Positions 48,657 to 57,592 of a DNA stretch of 64,000 nucleotides are shown here, piece by piece. Both the position numbers and the translations under genes were made by a program. The first letter of the stretch is position 1. Every line of letters begins with the position of its first letter. Origin of the DNA: Bdellovibrionaceae bacterium UBA6776 (lineage in GTDB: Bacteria; Bdellovibrionota; Bdellovibrionia; Bdellovibrionales; UBA1609); NCBI GenBank assembly GCA_002453155.1, contig DKGG01000032.1, positions 16,730-80,729 on the forward strand, in the 5' to 3' direction. The notes below the pieces were generated by a model. It saw only the letters and a program-made list of their open reading frames with translations, had not been told where the DNA came from and searched no databases.

Positions 48657-49663
48657 TAGAACCGCCCTTCCAGCATGTTGTCGCAGGCGACGAAGTTGGT
48701 TTTTGCTTCTTTATATATGGAACTGCTTGGATCTCGAACCATGACCATCACATTTCGAAATGCCGAACGGCAGGCGCGAAATTGGTTTTGATCTCGGTAC
48801 TTTCTTCCCAAAACCATGTGATATTGAACCAATTCACCAAATTTTTTCTGAGATAATTTCAAGTAGCGATTGCAAAGGTCATGGCTGGGATTTAGCGCCA
48901 AACACGCTTGAAAGGATCCAATGCTTCTTTCGAACTGTCCCTTTTGGTAGTCTCTAAACCCAATCACGTAGTGTTCTTGAGCTTTTGATTGTGAAAGAGT
49001 TGGATTGAGTCGATCGGCTCGATTCTTTTGAGCAATCTTTTGAAGCTCTTTGGCATCATTGATGTCGGCTTCAATTTGTTTTTCGTTTCGAAGAGCAAAG
49101 GGATCTTCGCCCTTTTTGTCTGGAGGCGAAAGAAGCCACCATAAAATTCCACCAATCAGCCCGTAGATTAAAAGCCGTTTGCCATTGAAAAAAGAAGAAC
49201 TTGTATTTGAAGACCTTTTTCTTGACCGCCGTCGAGAAGGTGGAGCTTGGTAGGGAGCAGGTTGAGAATATGGATTTGGAATTGGTGCCAAATGAGGTTG
49301 AGGAATGGGATCCTCAACCATTGGGATCATTTCCGCGCCGGACTCTAGAAATCGGAGCTGACTGTCTCCCAGTTGAATGATGGTCCCGGAATGGATCTCT
49401 GAATCCGAAATGGGCTTTCCATCAATCAAAACAGGATTTTCTTTAGAAAGACTCTTTACATGGTAGCTCTTTCCATCCCAATAGACCTTCGCCTGTTTGC
49501 GACTGACTTTAGGATCATGGGGAATGGAAAGATCGCAATCATGACTGCGGCCTATTGAAAATTCAGAAGCATGAATTTTAACTTTAGAACCTGAAAGAGG
49601 ACCCGATACAATGGTCCATTCAGATTCTGGTGCATTGTGAAGAGAGAGAGCTTTATTACTCAT
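48656..49663 (-). CDS. FHA-domain membrane protein with C-terminal TPR
   Basis: IGR..VSRKQ, Pro-rich linker, TM, GFRDYQKGQFERSI...ALNP. Confidence 0.82.
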   Translation of the reverse strand: MSNKALSLHNAPESEWTIVSGPLSGSKVKIHASEFSIGRSHDCDLSIPHDPKVSRKQAKVYWDGKSYHVKSLSKENPVLIDGKPISDSEIHSGTIIQLGDSQLRFLESGAEMIPMVEDPIPQPHLAPIPNPYSQPAPYQAPPSRRRSRKRSSNTSSSFFNGKRLLIYGLIGGILWWLLSPPDKKGEDPFALRNEKQIEADINDAKELQKIAQKNRADRLNPTLSQSKAQEHYVIGFRDYQKGQFERSIGSFQACLALNPSHDLCNRYLKLSQKKFGELVQYHMVLGRKYRDQNQFRACRSAFRNVMVMVRDPSSSIYKEAKTNFVACDNMLEGRF

Positions 49664-51291
49664 TACCCCCCCTCTTCCAGTGGAATCAGAATGACAAGAT
49701 ATGTGGCCACAGAAGTGTCACCCGCAATTCCTTGGGCCACCAACTGGTAAGGGTGCCCAGAAAATTCCAATTCATTATGAGCCATTTCATAAGGATTCGC
49801 ATCCACTCGTTCAATGAGGTCTTTGATATTCAACTTTAAAGCTTGGTCATTGATTTCATTGACGGTCAGCCCTTGCAAGCTGATGACAGGGACACCTGTT
49901 CGATGCTCGAACTCCTCATTCACTGAGAGAATCGAAAGATCCAGGGCACTGATTCCCATGGCGCCAAATCCAGACATTTGAACCAGATTTTCGATTTCTT
50001 TGTTTCGGTCCGCTTGAAAGCTGGGAGCCTGTTGAAACCCATCGTCTGGGGTCACGCGACTTAATGCACTTCCCAAGTTGGAGGCCAACTTTTGAAGGGG
50101 AGAAAATTGATAGTGAATAGAAACCTGATCATGTCCCTCTTTAAGGGCCTGATCGATTTGTGCATTCAAAGAAACAAAGGGGTACTCGAATATTTTAAAA
50201 AGAAAATAAAAGAGGATCGATCCAATCAATAAGGCGATAAATAGAGTGGTGATAAACAAACTAAGAACTTGAGAATCGTCGATAGCCAAAGAACCCATGT
50301 CATAGAAGACAACTGCGAATGCGGTGACAGCTTGAGTGCCCGTTTGCGAATTGTAAAACTCAATGGGAACCATTGCGATGACGGTGCTGTCATCGTATTG
50401 ATTCACCGATTCTTTGTTGAGCTTTCGTCCCTGGTGAACATAAGGTTCGTCGGGAAAGGTTCCCGCTTTGTTGGCTGGAGCAATGATCTGTCCGTCGATG
50501 TTAGAAATGATCAAGGCATCTTTGACTCCAGGACGATTGAGAGCCATGTCCACACTCACCGTGCTGTCCATTCCCTGAAGCAAAGCCGGGCGATTGATTT
50601 TTGCCAGAGTGGTGGCAATGGTCAAAGCGTGTTGCTGACTTTCCTCTTCGATGCTCATTTTCAAAATGCGAATCAAAGGAATGGTTGAAAGGGACGTCAC
50701 AACGAAAATAAAAACGGCCATAAAGCCTGCCAAAACCCATTTGAACTCCATGGATTCAGGAAGCTTGTAAACTCCGGGCAAAACTTCTTTGTCGAGCATC
50801 TGCTGAGCACGATCGAGAATTTTTTGAACCACATTGCCTTCGTTTTTAGGGGGAAGTGGTTCCCCTTCTTGTTCGAAAGAAGCATTGGAAGAAGGAGACC
50901 TCTCATGAGAGGACGGTGCTGGATTTGGGTGTCCGTAGTTGGGTGCGGCAGATCCGTAGTTGGGGAGAGCTTGCATCATTTGATACTGCTGAGCCCATTG
51001 CTCCGGAACATTTTGAACTTCCAACGTGAGATTGTGCAATAGAATTTGATCGCCGGACTTTACCTTCGCAGATTTGATCTGCACGCCGTTCAAAAAGGTT
51101 CCGTTTCTGGAGCCAGCATCTGTGATAAGAAGGTCTTCACCCAGGATATCAATTTTTAAATGTTCTTTCGAAACTCCATTGGATTGAATCTTTACATCAC
51201 AACGCGCAGATCGGCCCACCAAGAGATTTGGCTTGTTGAGGGGAACAATTTGACCGGCCTGTGGGCCATTTAGAAATCTAATGATCCACAT
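49663..51291 (-). CDS. FHA-domain protein with two TMs, a periplasmic sensor-like domain and a PAS-like C-terminus
   Basis: VGR..VSKEH..SRNGT, TM-loop-TM, then LSVNEEFEHRTG. Start placed at MWIIRF. Confidence 0.8.
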   Translation of the reverse strand: MWIIRFLNGPQAGQIVPLNKPNLLVGRSARCDVKIQSNGVSKEHLKIDILGEDLLITDAGSRNGTFLNGVQIKSAKVKSGDQILLHNLTLEVQNVPEQWAQQYQMMQALPNYGSAAPNYGHPNPAPSSHERSPSSNASFEQEGEPLPPKNEGNVVQKILDRAQQMLDKEVLPGVYKLPESMEFKWVLAGFMAVFIFVVTSLSTIPLIRILKMSIEEESQQHALTIATTLAKINRPALLQGMDSTVSVDMALNRPGVKDALIISNIDGQIIAPANKAGTFPDEPYVHQGRKLNKESVNQYDDSTVIAMVPIEFYNSQTGTQAVTAFAVVFYDMGSLAIDDSQVLSLFITTLFIALLIGSILFYFLFKIFEYPFVSLNAQIDQALKEGHDQVSIHYQFSPLQKLASNLGSALSRVTPDDGFQQAPSFQADRNKEIENLVQMSGFGAMGISALDLSILSVNEEFEHRTGVPVISLQGLTVNEINDQALKLNIKDLIERVDANPYEMAHNELEFSGHPYQLVAQGIAGDTSVATYLVILIPLEEGG

Positions 51292-51628
51292 GCAACTGAT
51301 CTCCAATGGCAAGTTTTTCATCAGACAAAGACCCAGAAGGGAACTCAAAAACGTCTCGAGTGTGTAGAGTCGCAAACGCCAGGCGTCCTGGTCGGAGGTT
51401 TGGAATGATCTTTGTGACCGTGAGGTGTTTGTCAACAAAGGCTACATCAATGGGAAAATTCATAAAGAAGGTATGAATGCTGTTGCAAGAGGGGATCCAC
51501 AGCGCTTCGTCAGCATCCATGGATTTTCGACCGAGCAAGCCTTTCATTCGCGCCCAAGTGGAATTTGCGGTTTCCAGTTTGGAGCAAAGAATCAAATTTT
51601 TGGTTTGATTGAAAAGTTTTGCCATCAT
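51278..51628 (-). CDS. DUF192-family protein
   Basis: ARMKGLLGR, CNSIHTFFMNFPIDVAFVD. Confidence 0.88.
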   Translation of the reverse strand: MMAKLFNQTKNLILCSKLETANSTWARMKGLLGRKSMDADEALWIPSCNSIHTFFMNFPIDVAFVDKHLTVTKIIPNLRPGRLAFATLHTRDVFEFPSGSLSDEKLAIGDQLHVDH

Positions 51629-52530
51629 TGGCCCCCATAGAAAAAGTTGAGGACCACTGGCGCGAAAACCATAATGAACACAGAGGGCAAAACCAAAAAC
51701 ATCATCGGAATGAGCATGGCTTGAGAGGCTTTTGCTCCCGCTTTTTCTGCGCGAACAAATCTTTCCAATCGCATTTGAATGGATTGATCTTTGAGAACTT
51801 GTGCAATGCTGGCTCCCGTTTCTTCGGCATCTCGAACCACAGCAACGAAGCTTGTGATTTCAGGAATGTCTAAGCGGTCGGACAAACGAGTGAGTGCTTC
51901 ACGTCGAGAGCTTCCCAGTTTAATATCTTTCAACACCAGTTGGAGTTCATCGGCCAATACAGAATTGTCGGCCTTGTCTACAATCCGTTGAAGGCTTCCC
52001 ATAAAATCCAATCCGGCTTCTGTGGAAAGAGCCATCAAGTCGATGAAGAAAGGAAGGTCGCAAACCACGTCGGTGTAACGCTTGCCCTTAGAGAGTCCGC
52101 AGTAGAGGTGAGGGAAAAGAAAGCCCACTCCACTGATGCCAATGGCAACAAAGTATGGAAAATCCATTTGGAGTGCAAAATTGAAAATTGTGAATCCAAT
52201 AGGGAACATTATGCCCCAAAGGATTTGCAAACCAATGAATTCGTCTTCGTTGATTTCTTCACTTAGGCCCGCGGTCAGAATTTTCTTTCGAACTTTAGAT
52301 CGGTAAGATTCGCTTTTGATTTTGCGCGCATGTTGAAGGGTAAAGTTGTGAATCAGTGGGCGCGACAGGTTGATCAAAGCATTTTTTGATTTCGCGGGTT
52401 CATCTCCAGAAGCCCACGCCAAGGCTTCGGCGTCGGCATTGTTTGTAAAAATGGCTGAGGTGAACAGGTAGACGGAGAGTGCCGCCAACCCAAGTCCGCT
52501 GATCAAAATTAAAAAATCAAAACTTAACAT
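51625..52530 (-). CDS. tadC: Tad pilus platform protein (T2SS F family)
   Basis: DLPFFIDLMALSTEAGL, G.SRREAL, AEETGASI..L, RAEKAG.KA..ML.P. Confidence 0.88.
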   Translation of the reverse strand: MLSFDFLILISGLGLAALSVYLFTSAIFTNNADAEALAWASGDEPAKSKNALINLSRPLIHNFTLQHARKIKSESYRSKVRKKILTAGLSEEINEDEFIGLQILWGIMFPIGFTIFNFALQMDFPYFVAIGISGVGFLFPHLYCGLSKGKRYTDVVCDLPFFIDLMALSTEAGLDFMGSLQRIVDKADNSVLADELQLVLKDIKLGSSRREALTRLSDRLDIPEITSFVAVVRDAEETGASIAQVLKDQSIQMRLERFVRAEKAGAKASQAMLIPMMFLVLPSVFIMVFAPVVLNFFYGGQ

Positions 52531-52563
52531 TGCTCACCATAATGTGGTTTAACCAAACACAAG

Positions 52564-53172
52564 ATGAAAATTGTGCTGGCTTCCCAATCTCCTCGTCGCC
52601 GTGAACTGTTGACCCAAGCCGGCTTCGAATTTCGAGTTCAATCAGTAAAAGTATCGGAAATAATTGAACAAAACCTGAATCCAGCCCGGGTGGCGTCTCA
52701 TTTGGCGACACAAAAGGCGGAGGCCTGTTTCGAAGCCTACAACTATAAGAATTTACAGGGTTTTTTAATCCTTGGAGCGGACACCGTTGTGGCGGTGGGT
52801 GACCAAATCCTAGGCAAGCCGGAGACCAAGGAAGAAGCTGTCCATTTTCTAGACCTTTTGTCGGGGCGGAGCCATCAAGTGATCACTGGATTTTGTCTGA
52901 TTGAAAGTGGATCTGGACAAAAGCACGTTCATTGGGATGAGACTTTGGTCCAGTTCAAAAAGTTGTCCCAGGAAGAAATTCAAAGCTATGTGAACAGTGA
53001 CGAACCTTACGACAAGGCTGGGGGCTACGGGATTCAAGGGACGGCTCAAAATTTTGTGACTGGTATTCAGGGATCCTGGACCAATGTTGTGGGGCTTCCT
53101 ATGGAGAAAATGGAAGAGGTGATTCGCGAGGAGGCTTGGGATGTCGATCGAATCCCGGTTGGAAAACCTTAA
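52564..53172 (+). CDS. maf: Maf nucleotide pyrophosphatase
   Basis: LASQSPRRRELL, GADTVV, GKP, DKAGGYGIQ, NVVGLP. Confidence 0.95.
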   Translation: MKIVLASQSPRRRELLTQAGFEFRVQSVKVSEIIEQNLNPARVASHLATQKAEACFEAYNYKNLQGFLILGADTVVAVGDQILGKPETKEEAVHFLDLLSGRSHQVITGFCLIESGSGQKHVHWDETLVQFKKLSQEEIQSYVNSDEPYDKAGGYGIQGTAQNFVTGIQGSWTNVVGLPMEKMEEVIREEAWDVDRIPVGKP

Positions 53173-53839
53173 AAAAGAAATTCAAGAATGCTGTAAGAAC
53201 TGCGGCCGTGACCCTAAAGAAGTGAGACTGATTGCTGTTTCAAAAACTCAACCCTTAGAGGCATTGCGAGAGGCCCTAATGTCAGGGCACAGAATCTTTG
53301 GCGAAAATTATGTACAAGAGTGGTTGCAGAAGTGGGAGCAGTTAGAAAATGCTCAACCCGAATGGCATTTCATAGGCCCATTGCAGACCAACAAAGTGCG
53401 CAAGTTGATTGGCAAAGTGGAGATGATTCACAGTTTGGATCGATTGAGTTTATTGAGTGAAATTTCAAGACAGGCGGAGCTTCATCAAATTCAACAAAAG
53501 GTTTTGATTCAGGTGAATGTGGCTTCTGAAGAAAGCAAGAGTGGAATTTCGGAACAGGAGCTTTTTCCTCTGGTAGAGGCCACTCTAAAAAGCCCTGGTG
53601 TTGTGCTGTGTGGTTTGATGACGATGCCTCCTTTTGTGGAAGAGGCTGAGGAAAATCGGAATCACTTTCGAAAGCTCAAAAATATTTTTGATGAAGTTCG
53701 CCGGAAATTTTTTAACAATGAATTGCGGGGCAGTTTTTCGGAACTGTCCATGGGAACTTCTCAAGATTTCCAAGTTGCAATTGAAGAAGGTGCAACCTTG
53801 GTGCGAGTGGGCACACAGGTGTTTGGGCCGAGGGAGTGA
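53141..53839 (+). CDS. yggS: PLP homeostasis protein YggS
   Basis: AVSKT, FGENYVQE, WHFIGPLQTNK, LSMG, VRVGT. Confidence 0.96.
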   Translation: MSIESRLENLKKEIQECCKNCGRDPKEVRLIAVSKTQPLEALREALMSGHRIFGENYVQEWLQKWEQLENAQPEWHFIGPLQTNKVRKLIGKVEMIHSLDRLSLLSEISRQAELHQIQQKVLIQVNVASEESKSGISEQELFPLVEATLKSPGVVLCGLMTMPPFVEEAEENRNHFRKLKNIFDEVRRKFFNNELRGSFSELSMGTSQDFQVAIEEGATLVRVGTQVFGPRE

Positions 53840-53843
53840 CGGA

Positions 53844-54650
53844 ATGAGCTATAAAGTTGGATTTATTGGTGCAGGGAACATGACTCAAGCCATTGTGGGT
53901 GGTTGGGTTAAAAACAACACTTTGAAACCCCAAGAAATCTATGTGACCAACCGCACTCCTGGAAAAGCCAAAAAATTGTCCGATTCTTTGGGAGTTCAAT
54001 TTTGCGAAAACAATGAAGATGTAATCGAATCCTGTGACATGGTTGTTTTGGCCATGAAGCCCCAGGATTTGGAATCCGCAATTGAGCCCATTGCTTCCAG
54101 TTTTCAAGATGAACACACCGTGGTGAGTTTGGCTGCGGGTGTGACCTTGAATGCTTTGGCTAAATTGATTCCCGCAAACTCGACTTTGGTACGGGTGATG
54201 CCAAACACACCTCTGCAAATTGGCGAAGGGGTTATTGGCTATGCACTGGCTCAGCCCGACTTGGTGATTGAGCGAAGGATTGAAAATATCTTTGAGCCTT
54301 TAGGTTTGGTGGTGAAGTTGGATGAGGATGAATCCTTTCAAGCGTTGACAGTGGGGGCGGCATCGGGAACAGGATTCGTCTTTGAGTTGATGATCTACTG
54401 GCAAGAATGGCTTGAAGAGCATGGAATAGAGCCAGAGGTGGCGAAGCAGGTGACTGTAAAGACGTTTCTAGGCGCCTCGTTGTTGGCGGATCAAAACTCA
54501 GGAGCACTTGGGGATTTGCAAAGCAAAGTGATTTCTAAGAAGGGTGTGACTTCTGCAGGTCTTCAATCCATGAGAGAACTCGAGGTCGAGCGGCTGCTTC
54601 GATACAGTTTTGAAAAAGCAGTGATTCGAGATTCCGAACTCAGTAAATAG
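53844..54650 (+). CDS. proC: pyrroline-5-carboxylate reductase
   Basis: GFIGAGNM, KPQ, SLAAG, RVMPN, SKKGVT. Confidence 0.92.
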   Translation: MSYKVGFIGAGNMTQAIVGGWVKNNTLKPQEIYVTNRTPGKAKKLSDSLGVQFCENNEDVIESCDMVVLAMKPQDLESAIEPIASSFQDEHTVVSLAAGVTLNALAKLIPANSTLVRVMPNTPLQIGEGVIGYALAQPDLVIERRIENIFEPLGLVVKLDEDESFQALTVGAASGTGFVFELMIYWQEWLEEHGIEPEVAKQVTVKTFLGASLLADQNSGALGDLQSKVISKKGVTSAGLQSMRELEVERLLRYSFEKAVIRDSELSK

Positions 54651-54658
54651 ATTTAGAC

Positions 54659-54688
54659 TTGCAAGGATTCCCCGAAACTCGTTACCAT
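54659..54688 (+). promoter_or_regulatory. sigma70-type promoter of divIVA
   Basis: TTGCAA-N18-TACCAT. Confidence 0.4.
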
Positions 54689-54710
54689 ATTTGAGTAGGG
54701 GGAATTTATT

Positions 54711-55289
54711 ATGCGAATCACGCCAATTGATATTGCTCACAAATCGTTTCAAAGAAAAATGATGGGATTGGATCCAGATCAAGTCATGGACTTTTTAAGA
54801 TTTGTGGCGGACGAAATGGAAACGGTGATTCGTGAAAGAAATTCTTTAAAGGAAACTTTGCGAGAAAAGGAGCTTTCAGTTTCTGAATACCGAGAGCGTG
54901 ATGAGCTTTTGAAGAACACCATCACCACGGCAACTCGCATGTCTGAAAAAATGCAAGCGGATGCCGAGCGCGAATCTAAGTTGATTCTTCAAGATGCCAA
55001 TCAAAAAGCAGAAATGATCGTGCGTGATGCTCGTGATTCTTTGAAAAGAATCTATCAGGACATTTCAGACTTGAAGCGCATTCGTCTTCAATTCGAGAAC
55101 AATTTAAAAGCATTGATCCAAAGTCACATGGCGATGATGGAGCAAGGTCAAAAAATCATGCCAAATCCATCTTTAGATCCATCTTTAGGAATCGACGATG
55201 TTGAGGAGGTTTCTTCCAGTCATCAAAAAGAAATTGAAAAGCGTGTGACCGACGCCATTTCTGCAAAAGTAAAGCCTGCAGAATACTAA
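54711..55289 (+). CDS. divIVA: DivIVA-domain protein
   Basis: ITPIDI..KSF...G.DPDQV.DFL followed by coiled coils. Confidence 0.92.
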   Translation: MRITPIDIAHKSFQRKMMGLDPDQVMDFLRFVADEMETVIRERNSLKETLREKELSVSEYRERDELLKNTITTATRMSEKMQADAERESKLILQDANQKAEMIVRDARDSLKRIYQDISDLKRIRLQFENNLKALIQSHMAMMEQGQKIMPNPSLDPSLGIDDVEEVSSSHQKEIEKRVTDAISAKVKPAEY

Positions 55290-55313
55290 AAAAGCCTTTT
55301 AAAAATTTATTTC

Positions 55314-56513
55314 ATGGAGGACAGGATGTCCCAAATTATTCGATGGATCGTCGGAACTTTGATTGTCATATCAATAGCGTCTTGCGCGGGCTTTTCAAAA
55401 AAGGAGTCTGCGGAGAGAAACCCTTCCTCTTTGGTCGAAAGACCCCCTCAATTTGTTCTATTGGCTTTTGATGGCTCTAAATCCTTGAACATGTGGGAGA
55501 ACACTCGAGCCTTCGCAAAAGTTGCCAATGCCAAATTTACTTACTTTATCAGCGGAGTCTATTTTCTAGAGTCTTCCGTTCGAAGTGAATACAAAGGTCC
55601 TGGACACAAAAGAGGTCGCAGCGACATCGGATTTGGAAATGATTTGGAAGATGTTCGTGAGCGTCTTCAGCAAATTATGCTTGCGGTGAAAGAAGGAAAT
55701 GAAATTGGCTCTCACGCCAATGGCCATTTCAATGGAAGTAAGTGGAGTCAACATCAGTGGGAAACTGAGTTTGTACAGTTTGATCAATTTCTTGTGGGAG
55801 CTTGGCAGCGCGCTGGTCTTGAAGAGCCTAGGGAATGGTTTGATATTTCGACCTTTAAGCGCGTGGGATTTCGAGCTCCTTTACTTGGATATAGCAAAGG
55901 ATTGTGGCCAGCTCTGAAGAACTTTAATTTTAAGTATGACACCAGTCGAGTTTCATCACCGGACTACTGGCCACACATTCGAGATGGAGTTTGGAATTTT
56001 CCACTGGCATCCATCCGACGATATGGGACCAAATACTCCACGCTGAGTATGGATTATAATTTTTATTACAGTCATTCCAAGGGCAAAAGAGGTGAACCCT
56101 CGGATTTTGCAGACTACCGAGAAGAAATGTACAAGTCCTACCTTCAGTATTTTAAAACGAATTACTTGGGTAATCGTGCCCCCGTTCACATCGGTCATCA
56201 CTTTTCAACCTGGAATGGAGGGGCCTACTATGCAGCACTTAAAGACTTTGCGAATACAGTGTGTAGTCTGCCAGAAACCCGATGCGTAACCTATACGGAA
56301 TTGATGAATTTTCTTGAGGATCACCAAGATGAAATTAAGAGCTATCAGGCTGGAAAATTTAAAAAAATAAATCCGGAAGTTGCGTATCAGTACTTTCCCA
56401 AAGATGTTCAGAACATTTCGTTTGATTCTGGAGAAATTGATGACTCTCAAGTCAATGAATTCATGAAAGCCATGCGCGACGGAAAAATCAACCCTCATCC
56501 TGAAGAGGACTAA
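55314..56513 (+). CDS. polysaccharide/peptidoglycan deacetylase-family (NodB/CE4-like) lipoprotein
   Basis: Lipobox IASC, LAFDG, EIGSHANGH, GFRAPLL, YDTS, IGHH. Confidence 0.85.
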   Translation: MEDRMSQIIRWIVGTLIVISIASCAGFSKKESAERNPSSLVERPPQFVLLAFDGSKSLNMWENTRAFAKVANAKFTYFISGVYFLESSVRSEYKGPGHKRGRSDIGFGNDLEDVRERLQQIMLAVKEGNEIGSHANGHFNGSKWSQHQWETEFVQFDQFLVGAWQRAGLEEPREWFDISTFKRVGFRAPLLGYSKGLWPALKNFNFKYDTSRVSSPDYWPHIRDGVWNFPLASIRRYGTKYSTLSMDYNFYYSHSKGKRGEPSDFADYREEMYKSYLQYFKTNYLGNRAPVHIGHHFSTWNGGAYYAALKDFANTVCSLPETRCVTYTELMNFLEDHQDEIKSYQAGKFKKINPEVAYQYFPKDVQNISFDSGEIDDSQVNEFMKAMRDGKINPHPEED

Positions 56514-57586
56514 GGCTCCAGGTTTTCTTCCACTTCATCCATCAATTGTTTAAAAGACTTTTGCTTCGAGCGTTTCCGCGCTCGAGGCTTTTTCTTTGGA
56601 TTGGAATTCTGAAAGAGATCTTCCTGGTAATTTTTAGACTTCACGCGAAAGTTTTCGTTGGAGGAATCCATTTCGCTCTGACCCAGAAGAGAATTCATTG
56701 AGAACATCCAGTGAACCCCGGCACCGATGTAGAAGCCCTTTCCGTAACTTTTTCCGTTGAAGTCATAGGCGAAGTCCGTTGAAAAATCCACGCCCTTAAA
56801 AATTCCCCAGCGGCTATCTACAAAAACTTGCATCAAGTTCGGATCTACGGACCTGTAGGTGAGGCTTCCGCCCTGCAAATTTGCAATTGCGGTGGAGCGC
56901 TCCGTTCTTCCTGCAGAATCATCGGAATCGCTGGTTATAGATTGGAAACCACGAACTCCACCGCCAATTTGACCGACCGGTAAAAAGTAAGAGGCGCCGG
57001 CACTCCAAGGCAGTAGGTGGCTTAAATTTTTACTGCGATAAAGATAGCTGGCCGACAGATGAAATTGAAAATCCTTAAAGCGTGGTCGGAGAGAGCCACC
57101 CAATTCACCGGTGAAGACTCCATTGGTTCCAAAACTTTCGCCTCCAGTGAGGTTGGGTTCATACAGGGGAATTCCGACCTGGGTGTGAAGGGCCAAAGGA
57201 ATGTTTGCCAAATGAAACCATTTTTCGCCGCCCAAATGAAACTCATCCAAATGAAAATTGGCATTGTCATAAGTGTTTGTAGAGGTTTGCGTGCGACTCA
57301 TCCCGAAATCAGATGTGATGCGCCAGGAGTTCGTCAGATCGTAATCCAGCAGGAAGGAGGTCTGAAACTCTTGAAATTGACCACCATTGGCAATGCTCTC
57401 ATAGCCGCCGCCCCCAGAGGAAAAGTTTTCTGAGGAGGAGAAGTAGGTTTCCTTGGCTCCCAAATGAAAACTGCCAGACGTGGGAGAGACCGGATTGACA
57501 GAGGCCAAAGCCAATGGCGAGAACAGAGAAAGTAAAAAAAGAGTGAGACCCATGGCTAAGAATGATAGCTTATGATCCTCGAACAC
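56510..57586 (-). CDS. hypothetical outer-membrane beta-barrel-like protein
   Basis: Signal peptide (ALA), amphipathic strands, charged C-terminal tail. Start uncertain. Confidence 0.6.
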   Translation of the reverse strand: MFEDHKLSFLAMGLTLFLLSLFSPLALASVNPVSPTSGSFHLGAKETYFSSSENFSSGGGGYESIANGGQFQEFQTSFLLDYDLTNSWRITSDFGMSRTQTSTNTYDNANFHLDEFHLGGEKWFHLANIPLALHTQVGIPLYEPNLTGGESFGTNGVFTGELGGSLRPRFKDFQFHLSASYLYRSKNLSHLLPWSAGASYFLPVGQIGGGVRGFQSITSDSDDSAGRTERSTAIANLQGGSLTYRSVDPNLMQVFVDSRWGIFKGVDFSTDFAYDFNGKSYGKGFYIGAGVHWMFSMNSLLGQSEMDSSNENFRVKSKNYQEDLFQNSNPKKKPRARKRSKQKSFKQLMDEVEENLEP

Positions 57587-57592
57587 GTCTAG

